A DNA stretch of 64,000 nucleotides from Sphingomonadales bacterium (GTDB lineage: Bacteria > Pseudomonadota > Alphaproteobacteria > Sphingomonadales > Sphingomonadaceae), in assembly GCA_038217075.1 (NCBI GenBank), contig JBBQPR010000004.1, positions 13,487 through 77,486 on the forward strand, given 5' to 3'. Below the pieces are notes generated by a model. The model was not told the origin of the DNA and made no database searches. It saw only the letters and a list, made by a program, of their open reading frames with translations. A program made the translations under genes and the position numbers. Every line of letters begins with the position of its first letter. The stretch's first letter is position 1. Positions 34,064 to 45,008 of this stretch are shown piece by piece.

Positions 34064-34183
34064 GCGCCGCGAGCGCGCATGGTGCAACCTTGCGCGCCGA
34101 CAGGCGCAAGACCGGCCGGCGGGCCAGCGCGCGCTCCTGCGCGCTGAACCCGTCCGACGCCAGCCGCGGCTTTGCCGCGGCGC
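34064..34183 (+). repeat. ~105-120-nt multi-hairpin intergenic repeat, copy 2
   Basis: Homologous to 13036-13140 with compensatory stem changes; starts just after the ppa stop. Confidence 0.85.
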
Positions 34184-34238
34184 TTCTCCCAAACCATGGT
34201 GCAGTCTTGCGGAGACAGGTCCGGTCGCGGCGCTTCGC

Positions 34239-34709
34239 CTACCCCGCCGCGAGCCGCTTCAACGCATCGCCGTCCACCCGCATCGCTATCCATTCCGCCT
34301 GCGGCACGGCCCCCAGCGATTTGTAGAACCCGATCGCCGGCGCGTTCCAGTCGAGCACCTGCCACTGGAACCGCCCGTAATCCCGCGCCACGGCAATCCC
34401 GGCCAGATGCACCAGCAACGCCTTGCCAATGCCCAGCCCCCGCGCCGCGGGCCGCACGAACAAATCCTCCAGGTAAAGCCCGCCCTTGCCTTCCCAGGTC
34501 GAAAAATTGGTGAAGAACAGCGCAAAACCAACTGCCGCCCCGTCATGCTCGGCGATCACCGCCTCCGCCATCGGCCGCTCACCGAACAATGCGCGGTGCA
34601 AATCCGCCTCGCTTGCCTTTACCGCATCGGGTTCGCGCTCATACACCGCAAGCTCCACGATCATGGCGCGGATGTCTGGAATATCGGTGGGTGCGGCGGG
34701 ACGGATCAT
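34239..34709 (-). CDS. GNAT acetyltransferase (SSAT-like)
   Basis: ELA.YE, FSTWEG..GLYLEDLFV.P..RG.GIG, WN.PAI.FY. Confidence 0.9.
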   Translation of the reverse strand: MIRPAAPTDIPDIRAMIVELAVYEREPDAVKASEADLHRALFGERPMAEAVIAEHDGAAVGFALFFTNFSTWEGKGGLYLEDLFVRPAARGLGIGKALLVHLAGIAVARDYGRFQWQVLDWNAPAIGFYKSLGAVPQAEWIAMRVDGDALKRLAAG

Positions 34710-34815
34710 GGGCGCAATGACCATCACCGGCGGCCAAGCGCAAGCCTGATCATACCCAGCCGCTAGCCAGATCGAATATTTCCGCGATACGGTTCCAAAA
34801 GGCGCGAAGCCCCGT

Positions 34816-35217
34816 TCAAACCGCAGCCGTCGTGGCCAGACGCTCAAAGATTGCGACGAACGCCGCGGGTGTTGCCCGCTCCATCGCGCCGTCCTCTACT
34901 TCGCTCGCGCTCCACATCCAGCTTTGCGCCGGGTCGTCGCGCATCGTCCATTGCGGGAACAATCGATCTTCCACCAATTGGCTGCTCACGGTCGTCACCG
35001 CCAGATGGCGATTATCCCGCCTGATGCGTGCAAAACAGGCATCGACCGCATCGCTCGGCCCTTCCAGCAACTGCAAATAGACATCGGCACGCACGATCAA
35101 GGCACCGGTCAGGCCATCGCGCAAATTGTTGCGGCGCGCCTGCATCAAGATGCCCGCCAGCATCTGCTCATCAAAACCAAAGGGCTGGGACCAATAAATC
35201 AGCCGCTGCACCGTCAT
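34816..35217 (-). CDS. Stand-alone BLUF blue-light sensor
   Basis: LIYWS, RRNN...LTGAL, QLLEG, RI..D.RH, RLFP.WTM. Confidence 0.9.
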   Translation of the reverse strand: MTVQRLIYWSQPFGFDEQMLAGILMQARRNNLRDGLTGALIVRADVYLQLLEGPSDAVDACFARIRRDNRHLAVTTVSSQLVEDRLFPQWTMRDDPAQSWMWSASEVEDGAMERATPAAFVAIFERLATTAAV

Positions 35218-35320
35218 CGCTCTACCCCATTCAATCCCGGGAACCACCATGGGGCAACATTGCCGGCATAACCAGCGTCTACATCGCCCTCAGCAAGGTA
35301 ACCGCCACCTGCCCGGAATT

Positions 35321-35668
35321 TTATTTGCCGCGCCGCTTGGGTGCCTTCGCCCGAATTGCCGCCGCCAACGCCATTTCACCCCATTCGCGCATGATCTCCG
35401 GGTCATCATAGGCAGCATCCGGCGCCCGCCGATAGGACATCGCCATCAACTGCCCGGCCTTGTCATAAACGAGATGGTCCAGCCCTTCGGCATCGAACGC
35501 CGCCGCATTGTCGGCATCGGCCTTCAGGTACAAAATATCGCTGCCGAAAAAGCCGATGTTGAAACCATCGACGCTCACCCCGGCCCCGCCGAACATCCGA
35601 CGGATGCGCACCACGCCGAGCGGTTCAAGGCTTTCGCGCAGATAATCCCAAAGCCCGGGCTCGCTCAC
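35321..35668 (-). CDS. TfoX/Sxy N-terminal domain protein
   Basis: RRMFGG.G, LYLKAD, MSY..P. Confidence 0.85.
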   Translation of the reverse strand: MSEPGLWDYLRESLEPLGVVRIRRMFGGAGVSVDGFNIGFFGSDILYLKADADNAAAFDAEGLDHLVYDKAGQLMAMSYRRAPDAAYDDPEIMREWGEMALAAAIRAKAPKRRGK

Positions 35669-35892
35669 GATCCTGCGTCGGGGCTTGCTTCGGCGCCCCC
35701 GTCCGACAGCCCCCCGTCCGACAGCTGTTGGCGTAGCAAAAGCCCGACCCCAACCAACAGCCAGGCGACCAGCAACGCCGCCATCGCCTGCGGCCACAGC
35801 CGGTCAGGCGCGGTGATCAACCAGACGAGCGCCAAGGTCTTGGCAATGCCGACACCTGCCCAGGGCAGCAATGCCAGAACGCGCCCGATCAC
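35665..35892 (-). CDS. Small membrane protein
   Basis: Two hydrophobic segments; 4-nt overlaps with ispG and the TfoX gene. Confidence 0.6.
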   Translation of the reverse strand: MIGRVLALLPWAGVGIAKTLALVWLITAPDRLWPQAMAALLVAWLLVGVGLLLRQQLSDGGLSDGGAEASPDAGS

Positions 35893-37028
35893 TCGGCCGC
35901 AATCGCCCCCGCCGCCAACTCCGCTGCCGTCTTGATGGCTTCCAGTTCGGCAGCCTTCTTCTCGACCAGCATGACGATGTGATCGACCATCTTCTCGCTT
36001 TCGATGACATGGTCGGTAATGCCGGACAGGAACACCATGTGCCGGCCATTGCCGCCACCGGTCAGCCCGATATCGGTCTCGCGCGCTTCGCCGGGGCCGT
36101 TGACGACGCAGCCGAGCACCGACAGCGACAGCGGCGTCGTGATATGCGCCAGGCGCGTTTCCAGCGTTTCGACGGTCTTGACCACATCAAAGCCCTGCCG
36201 CGCGCACGATGGGCACGAAACCACCCGCACGCCGCGCGCCCGAATGCCCAGCGATTTCAGGATGTGATAGCCAACCTTCACTTCCTCGACCGGATCGGCG
36301 GACAGGGACACGCGAATCGTATCGCCGACCCCGGCCCATAGCAGCATGCCCAGTCCGATCGACGATTTCACCGTGCCGCCCTGCAAGCCGCCGGCCTCGG
36401 TAATACCCAGATGCAGCGGATAATCGCAGACTTCGGCAAGCCCATTGTAAGCCGCCACGGCAAGGAACACGTCCGACGCCTTCACCGAAATCTTGAACTC
36501 GTGGAAATCCTCGTCCTGCAGCATTTTCATATGCTCCAGCGCGCTTTCGACCAGCGCCTCCGGGCAGGGTTCACCATATTTTTCGAGCAGATGCTTTTCC
36601 AGCGAGCCGGCGTTGACCCCGATGCGGATCGAACAGCCATTGGCCTTGGCCGCCTTCACCACTTCCTTCACCCGTGCCTGCGAGCCGATGTTGCCGGGGT
36701 TGATGCGCAGGCAGGCAGCACCCGCATCGGCGGCCTCCAGGCCGCGCTTGTAGTGAAAATGGATGTCCGCAACGATCGGCACATTCACGGCGCGCACGAT
36801 GGTCTTCAACGCGGCGGTCGATTCCACATCGGGGCAGGACACCCGCACGATATCGGCACCGACGTCCTCGCAAGCGCGGATCTGGTCGATCGTCGCGATG
36901 GCATCGCTGGTCAGCGTATTGGTCATGGTTTGCACGGCAATCGGCGCATCGCCGCCCACCGGCACCTTGCCAACCATGATCTGCCGCGATTTACGGCGCA
37001 CGATGTCACGCCAAGGCCGAACGCTCAT
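35889..37028 (-). CDS. ispG: HMBPP synthase
   Basis: [41 protein letters not shown]. Confidence 0.97.
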   Translation of the reverse strand: MSVRPWRDIVRRKSRQIMVGKVPVGGDAPIAVQTMTNTLTSDAIATIDQIRACEDVGADIVRVSCPDVESTAALKTIVRAVNVPIVADIHFHYKRGLEAADAGAACLRINPGNIGSQARVKEVVKAAKANGCSIRIGVNAGSLEKHLLEKYGEPCPEALVESALEHMKMLQDEDFHEFKISVKASDVFLAVAAYNGLAEVCDYPLHLGITEAGGLQGGTVKSSIGLGMLLWAGVGDTIRVSLSADPVEEVKVGYHILKSLGIRARGVRVVSCPSCARQGFDVVKTVETLETRLAHITTPLSLSVLGCVVNGPGEARETDIGLTGGGNGRHMVFLSGITDHVIESEKMVDHIVMLVEKKAAELEAIKTAAELAAGAIAAE

Positions 37029-37178
37029 TCTTCTGCTCTCCGATACAGGCCGCATATACAGCCGCAAACGCCGCCGTCCAACCCTGCGGCACAATCTGTG
37101 GTGCCGCCGACGCTTCAGCAGCGCGTCGCCAGAATCCACAGGGTGCACCGGGGCCGGCGCGCGGCTATGGTTGCACCC

Positions 37179-37970
37179 ATGATCAGTATCCCCGCCGCCA
37201 CCGTCATCCTGTTGCGTGATTCGGCCGACGGGCCTGAAATCCTGATGGTCCAGCGCGGTGAAAATCTCGCCTTTGCCGGCGGCGCCATGGTATTTCCCGG
37301 CGGCCGTGTCGACGATGCCGATGTGGTTACGGCGCGCGATCCCGAACTGGCCACCGGTTTTGCAGGCCTGGATGACGACGACGCCGCCGCCCGCATCGCC
37401 TGCTGCCGTGAAGCGCTTGAGGAAACCGGCGTGCTGTTGACGTCGGGCGACGCCCCCGATCCCGATGCCCTCGCCCAATCCCGCGCCAATCTTTCGGCCG
37501 GGCCGGAAATGGCCGAAGCCTGCAGCTTTGCGGCCATGCTCGCAGCGCTCGGTCACACGGTGGCAGCAGACCGCTTCATTCCCTTCGCCCGCTGGGAACC
37601 GCCCGCCGCCGCCGCCATCAAGCGCCGTTTCGATACGCGATTCTACCTCGCCGACGCCGGCCACACCGCCAGCGCCGCCATCTCGCCCGATGGCAATGAA
37701 GCCGTGGCGATCCATTGGACGACCGCCGCCGCCGCCCTGGCGCGGGAGGCCGAAGGCAATGCGGCGCTGGTCTTCCCGACCAAGTGCAACCTGCAACGCC
37801 TGGCGCAATATCCCGATGTCGCAGCGATCATGGCCGCCGCTGCGTCGCGCCCGCCGCCCTATATCCAGCCCGAATTCGTCAAGCGCGATGGCAAGATGTG
37901 GCTGACCATTCCCGAAGGCTGCGATTATCCTGTGACGGAAGAGCCAATCGACGCCGTGCGCCGGGAATAG
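37179..37970 (+). CDS. NUDIX hydrolase
   Basis: FPGGRVD...[15 protein letters not shown]. Confidence 0.88.
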   Translation: MISIPAATVILLRDSADGPEILMVQRGENLAFAGGAMVFPGGRVDDADVVTARDPELATGFAGLDDDDAAARIACCREALEETGVLLTSGDAPDPDALAQSRANLSAGPEMAEACSFAAMLAALGHTVAADRFIPFARWEPPAAAAIKRRFDTRFYLADAGHTASAAISPDGNEAVAIHWTTAAAALAREAEGNAALVFPTKCNLQRLAQYPDVAAIMAAAASRPPPYIQPEFVKRDGKMWLTIPEGCDYPVTEEPIDAVRRE

Positions 37971-37976
37971 CGACGC

Positions 37977-38303
37977 TCAATCAATAAGTTTGGCGCGAAA
38001 ACTCTTGATCGCGCTCCACGCGCCATAGCCAATCAAAACGCCCAGAAATGCCCATACCCAGGTCGGAATGTCATGCCCGACGATGGCGAGATAAAGATAG
38101 GCGGACACAAAGCAGAAACCGGCCGCCAAAATTGGCAGCACCGCCGATTGCCGCGCCCGCAACCGCTTCACCGCCAGCCCGGTAAAAAAGATGAAGAAAG
38201 GGATCGCGCCGATATAAATCGCGCCGAAAACCACCGGGTTGACGCCATATTGCGCCCCCAGCCCCATCACCCAATCCAGTGCAGCCTGTATCGTTTCCAT
38301 CAT
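37977..38303 (-). CDS. Hypothetical membrane protein
   Basis: About three TM segments (YGVNP.VFG.IY, SAYLY); ATGA overlap with the upstream gene. Confidence 0.75.
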   Translation of the reverse strand: MMETIQAALDWVMGLGAQYGVNPVVFGAIYIGAIPFFIFFTGLAVKRLRARQSAVLPILAAGFCFVSAYLYLAIVGHDIPTWVWAFLGVLIGYGAWSAIKSFRAKLID

Positions 38304-39187
38304 GCTTCCAGCCACAATTCGGCCACCGCCGAAGCGCCAAGATAGGCGACCAGCAATTCTGCCTCACCGGCAACCGGCGTTTCACCGGCCAGGTGCCAAA
38401 CTTCACCGATTGCAAAACCAGCATCGCCAAAACGACCTTCGCCGCCGGCCACCGCGACCCACAGCACTTGATCGTCAACCGGGCGAAGCCGGCCGGCACC
38501 CCCCACCCGCACCCGTTCCAACACGAACGCCGGCCCCTCGACCAAAAGTTCACGGCCCTTGCCGGGCGATCGCAATAACGACCGCCGCTGAACGGGCTCG
38601 GCACAGGCAACCGCCAGCCCCTGTTCGAGATGCAGCGGCCGACCGCGGCCATAATCGAACAGCCGGTAGGTAACATCGAGGTTCTGCTGAAATTCGAACA
38701 AGGTTACACCGGCGCCGATCGCATGGATCGTCCCGGCTGGCGCAAAGAACACATCGCCCGCCGCGCAGGCGTGCCAGTGCAGCATATCGACGATCGAACC
38801 GTCGATCGCGGCGGCGCGCAGCGTGGCAGCATCGGCGGGTGCACGCAGGCCCAGGCCGATCGTTGCGCCCGGTTCGGCCGCCAACACGACCCACGCTTCA
38901 TCCTTGCCGCAGTTTTCACCGGCGGCCCGCGCCGTCGCCGCATCAGGGTGGACCTGCACAGACAGCCGCTGGCTGGTGAACAGCGTCTTCACCATCAACG
39001 GCAGGTCGGCCACGCCGGGCAGATGGTGGTGAATCTCGCCGATGGCATCGCCCGATACGGCCTGATCCTGTTCCGCCGGTTCGACCCCCAGCCCCCAGGC
39101 GCCAAGCCGGCGGCGCCCCCAGGGCTTGGCAACCGGCTCGGGCGCCATGCGCCGCGCCGTTGCCATCAAGCCAGTCTGCGTTGCCAT
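38300..39187 (-). CDS. Class I mannose-6-phosphate isomerase
   Basis: KPWG, LSVQVHP, K.EAW, GTIHAIG, EFQQN.DVTYRL.DY. Confidence 0.9.
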   Translation of the reverse strand: MATQTGLMATARRMAPEPVAKPWGRRRLGAWGLGVEPAEQDQAVSGDAIGEIHHHLPGVADLPLMVKTLFTSQRLSVQVHPDAATARAAGENCGKDEAWVVLAAEPGATIGLGLRAPADAATLRAAAIDGSIVDMLHWHACAAGDVFFAPAGTIHAIGAGVTLFEFQQNLDVTYRLFDYGRGRPLHLEQGLAVACAEPVQRRSLLRSPGKGRELLVEGPAFVLERVRVGGAGRLRPVDDQVLWVAVAGGEGRFGDAGFAIGEVWHLAGETPVAGEAELLVAYLGASAVAELWLEA

Positions 39188-39347
39188 CCGAACCCGTCAC
39201 TCACGCCGCTACAGCCGGCTGTCTAGCGCGAAAGCATCAACAAGACCAAGCATATGAATTTTTCGACAGCCGCCCGGTGTTCAGCAGGGGGACAGGCGTG
39301 TCATGCGCGTAGAACAGACACCAACCGCCATGAAAAGGAGCGCGATC

Positions 39348-39659
39348 ATGCGTCTGACGACAATCCTCATCATCAGCCTGCTTGGCGGGACCGCCGCCGC
39401 CGCGTTGCAGTCGGAGGTGCCGCCGCCCGCCGTGGCCACCACGATTGCGCCCGCAAAGGATGACCGACGCAGCGAAGCAATGGCGCAACTTGCGCGGGCA
39501 GACGCCGACAAGGACGGCAAATGGAGCAAGCTGGAATGGCTCGCCGCAGGCCGACGCGAGCGCGGCTTCGACTATCTCGATGCCGATCACGACGGGTTCG
39601 TGACGCCCGCCGAGCTAAAGGCCGGCATGGCGCAGCTGCGGGCGTCACGCGGCAACTGA
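39348..39659 (+). CDS. Exported EF-hand protein
   Basis: AAGGAG RBS; signal peptide; DADKDGKWSKLE and DADHDGFVTPAE loops. Confidence 0.85.
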   Translation: MRLTTILIISLLGGTAAAALQSEVPPPAVATTIAPAKDDRRSEAMAQLARADADKDGKWSKLEWLAAGRRERGFDYLDADHDGFVTPAELKAGMAQLRASRGN

Positions 39660-39720
39660 TGCGGCCGCAATCGGTATTGGCCGGCGCGCGCCGCCGGCCA
39701 TTGAAAACCTGAATGTAAAT

Positions 39721-41367
39721 CTAAAGACCCGCGCTCAATTCCTTGATTTCCTTGTTCAGGATGCGATCGTTGTCGGCATAATCGACCGGGCAATCGATCA
39801 ACTGCACCCCCTTGGCATTCAGGCAGGATTCGATCAGCCCCGGCAACATTTCGGCGCTCGTCACCCGATGGCCGGTCGCGCCATAGCTTTCGGCATATTT
39901 GACGAAGTCCGGGTTGCCATAGGTCAGGCCCCAATCCTTGAAGCCCATGTTCGCCTGTTTCCAGCGGATCATGCCATAGCTGTTGTCGTTGAGGATCAGC
40001 ACGGTGATGTTGAGTTTCAACCGCACCGCCGTTTCCATTTCCTGGCTGTTCATCATGAACCCGCCATCGCCGCAAATCGCCATCACCTTGCGTTCGGGAT
40101 AGACCATGCTCGATGCCATGGCGCTGGGCAGCCCCGCCCCCATCGTCGCCAGCGCATTGTCGAGCAGAACGGTATTCGCCTGATGCGCCATATAGTTGCG
40201 GGCAAACCAGATCTTGTAGACGCCATTGTCAAGGCAGATGATCCCGTCTGACGGCATCGCCTTCCGGATCTGGTCGACCAGATATTGCGGATAGATCGGG
40301 CACCGCATGTCACCAATGGCGGCTTCCCGGTGCGCCACCTCCGCCGCCCGCGCCGCCAGCATGCCGGCAAATTCCCAACGGCCCTGCGGCATGATCTCTT
40401 CCTTGATCTGCCACACCGCATTGGCGATATCGCCGATCACCTCGATCTGCGGGAAATAGACCGGATCAACCTCGGCCGATTTGTTCGACACATGGATCAC
40501 GGTGGCGCCGCCCGTCGCCATGAAGAATGGCGGTTTTTCAATGACATCATGGCCGATGTTGACAATCACATCAGCCTTGCGGATCGCCGCATGGACGAAA
40601 TCGCCCGACGACAGTGCGGCGCAACCGAGGAATTTGGGGTGGCGTTCGTCGATCACCCCTTTGCCAAGCTGCGTCGTCAGGAACGGGATGCCGGTCTTGT
40701 CGATCAACTGGTTCAGCATCCGCGACGTCATCGTGCGGTTGGCACCGGCCCCCACCACCAGGATCGGCGATTTGGCGCCTTCTATGGCCCTGATGGCCTC
40801 CTTTACCGCCTTCGAATCCGGCACCGGCCGGCGCGCGTAGCTGGGCGCAATCGGCGTCGCATCGGTCGGGTCGTGCGCAATGTCCTCGGGCAGTTCGAGG
40901 TGCGTCGCGCCCGGCTTCTCCTCCTGCGCCAGGCGCATCGCCTCCCGCACCCGCGCCGGAATATTGTCCGCCGACGCCAGCTGGTGGGTATATTTGGTGA
41001 TCGGCCGCATCATGTCGACCACGTCCAGGATCTGGAACCGGCCCTGCTTGGATTTCTTGATCGGTTTTTGCCCGGTAATCATCAGCATCGGCATGCCGCC
41101 CAGAAACGCATAAGCGGCCGCGGTGACGAAATTGGTCGCCCCCGGGCCCAATGTCGCGACGCACACCCCGGCCTTGCCCGTGTGGCGGCCATAGGTGGAG
41201 GCCATGAACCCGGCGCCCTGCTCGTGCCGCGTCAGGATCAACTTGATCTTGGTCGATCGCGACAGGCTGTCCAGAAAATCCAGATTTTCCTCGCCCGGCA
41301 CACCGAACACATATTCGACGCCCTCCCCTTCGAGGCATTGCACCAGCAGATCGGATGCCTTGGTCAT
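39721..41367 (-). CDS. Acetolactate synthase large subunit-like TPP enzyme
   Basis: FGVPGEE, RHEQGA, GPGATN, GDGGF...N. Confidence 0.9.
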   Translation of the reverse strand: MTKASDLLVQCLEGEGVEYVFGVPGEENLDFLDSLSRSTKIKLILTRHEQGAGFMASTYGRHTGKAGVCVATLGPGATNFVTAAAYAFLGGMPMLMITGQKPIKKSKQGRFQILDVVDMMRPITKYTHQLASADNIPARVREAMRLAQEEKPGATHLELPEDIAHDPTDATPIAPSYARRPVPDSKAVKEAIRAIEGAKSPILVVGAGANRTMTSRMLNQLIDKTGIPFLTTQLGKGVIDERHPKFLGCAALSSGDFVHAAIRKADVIVNIGHDVIEKPPFFMATGGATVIHVSNKSAEVDPVYFPQIEVIGDIANAVWQIKEEIMPQGRWEFAGMLAARAAEVAHREAAIGDMRCPIYPQYLVDQIRKAMPSDGIICLDNGVYKIWFARNYMAHQANTVLLDNALATMGAGLPSAMASSMVYPERKVMAICGDGGFMMNSQEMETAVRLKLNITVLILNDNSYGMIRWKQANMGFKDWGLTYGNPDFVKYAESYGATGHRVTSAEMLPGLIESCLNAKGVQLIDCPVDYADNDRILNKEIKELSAGL

Positions 41368-41406
41368 GGTCCTGTCCCCTAATCGCGCGGGCAAATCGCC
41401 CACAAT

Positions 41407-41889
41407 TCAGTCTGCCTTGGCCTTCAACCGCCCCATCGCCCGGGCCCGTTCACCAACCGCGTCCTTGATGGTGCCGGCCCGGCCCATCCCCCAGGCCGGC
41501 ATGTTGTTGTAAACATTCTCATACCGGCCGGGCTCGATCAGATACGTCTCGTGCCAGATGCCGACATCACCATTGCTGCCAACCGCCTTGTTGAACGCGG
41601 CCCAGGCCGGCAGATGCGCCTTGTCGCGCGCCGAGGCATAGGCCTCCAGCGCCTCATAGCTACGCCAATATTGCACCAGCATGGTACTGCGCAGGCCGAA
41701 ATGGCTTCGGGCGTGCAACAGCCCCAGCGACGGGTCCTTTCCCAATTCGATCAACATGCGCGGCATGGCGGTAAACACCGGAATCCAGGCCCAGAATTTC
41801 CACCAGCGGTTGAGCCGGATGCCGATCAGGAACAGCACGAACGGCCCATCGATTTCGGCACATACCCGCCTGTCGATGATGCCGCTCAT
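41407..41889 (-). CDS. DUF4188 family protein
   Basis: FLIG.R.N, MP.ML.EL, QYWRS, HLPAW, VGIWHETY, YENVY.NMP. Confidence 0.85.
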   Translation of the reverse strand: MSGIIDRRVCAEIDGPFVLFLIGIRLNRWWKFWAWIPVFTAMPRMLIELGKDPSLGLLHARSHFGLRSTMLVQYWRSYEALEAYASARDKAHLPAWAAFNKAVGSNGDVGIWHETYLIEPGRYENVYNNMPAWGMGRAGTIKDAVGERARAMGRLKAKAD

Positions 41890-41915
41890 GTCGCTATCCT
41901 CCGGGGCGCCGCCCC

Positions 41916-43274
41916 TCAGACCACCCCATAGGCCAGCATGGCGTCGGCAACTTTCTTGAATCCGGCGATGTTGGCGCCCTTCACATAGTCGATATAGCCC
42001 TTGCCATCGCTGCCATATTCGGCGCACGACGCATGAATATTAGCCATGATATCAAGCAGATGCTGCTGAAGATCGGCTTCCTTCCAGGAAATGCGCGCCG
42101 AATTCTGGCTCATTTCCAGGCCCGACACCGCAACACCGCCGGCATTTGACGCCTTGCCCGGTGCGAAAAGGATCCGCGCCGCCTTGAAGACGTGCACGCC
42201 ATCGAGATCGGTAGGCATGTTGGCGCCTTCCGAAACCGCGATGCAGCCATTTTTCAAAAGCGTCCTGGCCTCCTCGCCGTTCAACTCATTCTGGGTGGCG
42301 CACGGCAGCGCCACGTCGCACGGGACACCCCATGGCCGCGCGCCGTCGCCATGGAAGGTCGCGCTCTTGAATTCGGCCGCATATTCGCTGATCCGGCCGC
42401 GGCGATGGGTCTTGTGCTCCTTCACCCAATTGATCTTGTCCTGGGTGATGCCGTCCGGATCGTGGATGAAGCCTTCCGAATCCGAAAGCGTGACGACCTT
42501 GCCGCCAAGCTGCACGATCTTTTCGGCGGCATGGGTGGCGACATTGCCCGAACCCGAAATCACCGCGGTCTTGCCTTCGACCGAATCGCCCTTTGTCTTC
42601 AACATGTTCTGCAGGAAATATACAGCGCCATAGCCGGTTGCCTCGGTGCGGATCAACGAACCGCCCCATTCCAGCCCCTTGCCGGTCAGAACGCCGGTGA
42701 AATTGCCGGTAATCCGCTTGTACTGGCCGAACATGAAACCGATTTCGCGCCCGCCAACACCAATATCGCCCGCCGGCACATCGACATCGGCGCCGATATG
42801 ACGGTAAAGTTCCGTCATAAAAGACTGGCAGAACCGCATGATTTCATTCACGCTCTTGCCCTTGGGATTGAAGTTCGATCCGCCCTTGCCACCGCCCATC
42901 GGCAAGCCGGTCAGTGCGTTCTTGAACGTCTGTTCGAACGCCAGGAACTTCAACACGCTTTCGGTCACCGACGGGTGGAACCGGATGCCACCCTTGTACG
43001 GCCCGATGGCGTTGTTGTTCTGCACGCGCCAGCCGCGCTGCACGCGGATGTTGCCCTTGTCGTCTTCCCAGCAGACACGGAACGAGATCACCCGGTCCGG
43101 CTCGGCGATGCGGCGCAGGATCTGGGCTTCGTGATATTTTACCTTGTCGGTCATGAAGCCGAAAATATCCTCGGCAACCTCGGTCACCGCCTGCACGAAC
43201 TCCGGCTGCCCGGGATTCCGCTTCGTCACCCCCTCGATAAAACGTGGCAGATCGACATGTTCGCTGATGGCCAT
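41916..43274 (-). CDS. gdhA: NADP-specific glutamate dehydrogenase
   Basis: GPYKGGIRFH, GGGKGG, VPAGDIG, EATGYG, GSGNVA, EGANMP. Confidence 0.96.
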   Translation of the reverse strand: MAISEHVDLPRFIEGVTKRNPGQPEFVQAVTEVAEDIFGFMTDKVKYHEAQILRRIAEPDRVISFRVCWEDDKGNIRVQRGWRVQNNNAIGPYKGGIRFHPSVTESVLKFLAFEQTFKNALTGLPMGGGKGGSNFNPKGKSVNEIMRFCQSFMTELYRHIGADVDVPAGDIGVGGREIGFMFGQYKRITGNFTGVLTGKGLEWGGSLIRTEATGYGAVYFLQNMLKTKGDSVEGKTAVISGSGNVATHAAEKIVQLGGKVVTLSDSEGFIHDPDGITQDKINWVKEHKTHRRGRISEYAAEFKSATFHGDGARPWGVPCDVALPCATQNELNGEEARTLLKNGCIAVSEGANMPTDLDGVHVFKAARILFAPGKASNAGGVAVSGLEMSQNSARISWKEADLQQHLLDIMANIHASCAEYGSDGKGYIDYVKGANIAGFKKVADAMLAYGVV

Positions 43275-43479
43275 GATAATTCCCCCCAGAGATTCAGGCA
43301 TGCGAGCGCGGCAAATCGCCACGACTCGGCAAACCTAACCCATTCTCCGGGAAGCGTAAGGGGAAAAATCAAAAAACCATGGCGCTTCTGGTTCCGATGG
43401 ACTCGGAACCGCGCTGCAGTTTCTTGTTATGTCGCGCTTTTCTCAATCACGAAATCAAGCTATCCGGCTCGAAAACGCT

Positions 43480-44262
43480 CTATTGCATGAACCATCCATG
43501 GCTGACGACAATGGATTGGCCGGTCAGCGCATTGGTCGGAAAGCCGGCAAGGAACACCGCAGTCCGTGCCACATCGTCAACCGTCGTGAACTCGCCATCG
43601 ACTGTTTCCTTCAGCATGACGTTCTTGATGACATCGGCGTCGCTGATGCCGAGTTCCTTGGCCTGTTCCGGAATCTGCTTGTCCACCAAGGGCGTGCGGA
43701 CAAAGCCGGGGCAGATCACATTGGCGCGCACGCCATGTTTCGCGCCTTCCTTGGCGACAACCTTGCACAGGCCGATCAGGCCATGCTTGGCGGTGACATA
43801 GGCACTTTTCAGCACCGATGCCTCCTTGGAATGCACCGATCCCATGTAGATGACGCTGCCGCCGCGGCCCTGCTTGTACATCTGCCGCACGCAAGCGCGG
43901 GTGGTCAGGAACGCACCATCGAGATGGATGGCCAGCATCTTCTTCCAGTCGGAAAACTTATAATCTTCGATCGGCGCGACAATCTGGATACCGGCGTTGG
44001 ACACCAGTATATCGATGCCGCCGAACTTTGCGATCACGGCTGCGATACCCGCTTCAACCTGCTCCTCGCTGGTCACGTCCATCGCCACGCCGATGGCGCG
44101 CGTGCCGGTCGGGTCGAATTCGGCGGCGACGGCATTGGCACCATCGATGTTCAGATCGGCGATCGCCACCATCGCGCCATTTGCCAGGAATTCCTTGGCG
44201 ATATCCTTGCCGATACCGCTCGCCGCGCCGGTCACAACCGCCACCTTGCCTTGCATTTCCAT
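43480..44262 (-). CDS. bdhA: 3-hydroxybutyrate dehydrogenase
   Basis: [17 protein letters not shown]...[17 protein letters not shown]. Confidence 0.92.
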   Translation of the reverse strand: MEMQGKVAVVTGAASGIGKDIAKEFLANGAMVAIADLNIDGANAVAAEFDPTGTRAIGVAMDVTSEEQVEAGIAAVIAKFGGIDILVSNAGIQIVAPIEDYKFSDWKKMLAIHLDGAFLTTRACVRQMYKQGRGGSVIYMGSVHSKEASVLKSAYVTAKHGLIGLCKVVAKEGAKHGVRANVICPGFVRTPLVDKQIPEQAKELGISDADVIKNVMLKETVDGEFTTVDDVARTAVFLAGFPTNALTGQSIVVSHGWFMQ

Positions 44263-44264
44263 GT

Positions 44265-45008
44265 TCAATCCTTTGCCAGATAATCGTGAACGACATGGCC
44301 TAGCCCCAGCGTAAGGTCGGCCAGAATATGGGTGGCGCCCAGAATTTCGAGCACCGGCAGTTCGGCAACCGGCGCCAGCGCATGGCTGATCAGCGTCAGC
44401 GCCGCGGGTCCGGTCCAGGCGCCCTTCAACTCGATATCGGTCAACGCATATTCGACGATTTCGCAGATGCGCGGGCTGCCATCGACATGCGGGATGATCT
44501 TCAACAGGAAATTGGGCGCCTGCATCCCGGCCAGCACCGCCGCATGGTCGGCCTGATGATGCTTGTAACCCATCGACGCCATCGCCACCGGCACGCCGTG
44601 ATAATCCAGCCGCCCGACCAGCGCATCGATATTGGCGACCAGCGACGGCGCGGCGAGTTTTTTGGGAAAGCCCCACAACTCCCGGCCCCCGGCGATCGGC
44701 GGATGATCGTTCAGGAACATGCAGTGCGTATAACTGCCCTTGCGGCCTTCAAAGCTGACCGGGATGACCTGGCCGGCTTCGGTGTAATCGCCAAAACCGG
44801 TTGAATCGGGCATCCGGATGAATTCGAACTTGACGATCGGATCTGTGATTTCCAACGGCTCCGGCACCAGCGCGCGCAGTTTTTCCGGGTCGGTGCGATA
44901 GCTGATGATCAGATATTCGCGGTTGACGAACCGATACGGCCCGGGCGGAAACGCCGGGCTTGTCAACGGCATCGCAAAGGCATTGGCGACCACATCGGCG
45001 ACCTTCAC
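44265..45008 (-). CDS. adc: Acetoacetate decarboxylase
   Basis: [31 protein letters not shown] (Schiff-base Lys). Confidence 0.92.
   Translation of the reverse strand: MKVADVVANAFAMPLTSPAFPPGPYRFVNREYLIISYRTDPEKLRALVPEPLEITDPIVKFEFIRMPDSTGFGDYTEAGQVIPVSFEGRKGSYTHCMFLNDHPPIAGGRELWGFPKKLAAPSLVANIDALVGRLDYHGVPVAMASMGYKHHQADHAAVLAGMQAPNFLLKIIPHVDGSPRICEIVEYALTDIELKGAWTGPAALTLISHALAPVAELPVLEILGATHILADLTLGLGHVVHDYLAKD

Noticed and set aside
35889-37970. Apparent long N-terminal extensions of ispG and the NUDIX gene (also 46263-48776)
   Set aside because: Artefacts of longest-ORF calling; plausible starts lie at the domain boundaries.
43390-43410. GGTTCCGA/TCGGAACC hairpin as the bdhA terminator
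   Set aside because: The T-run is about 13 nt away from the stem; not confident enough to call.
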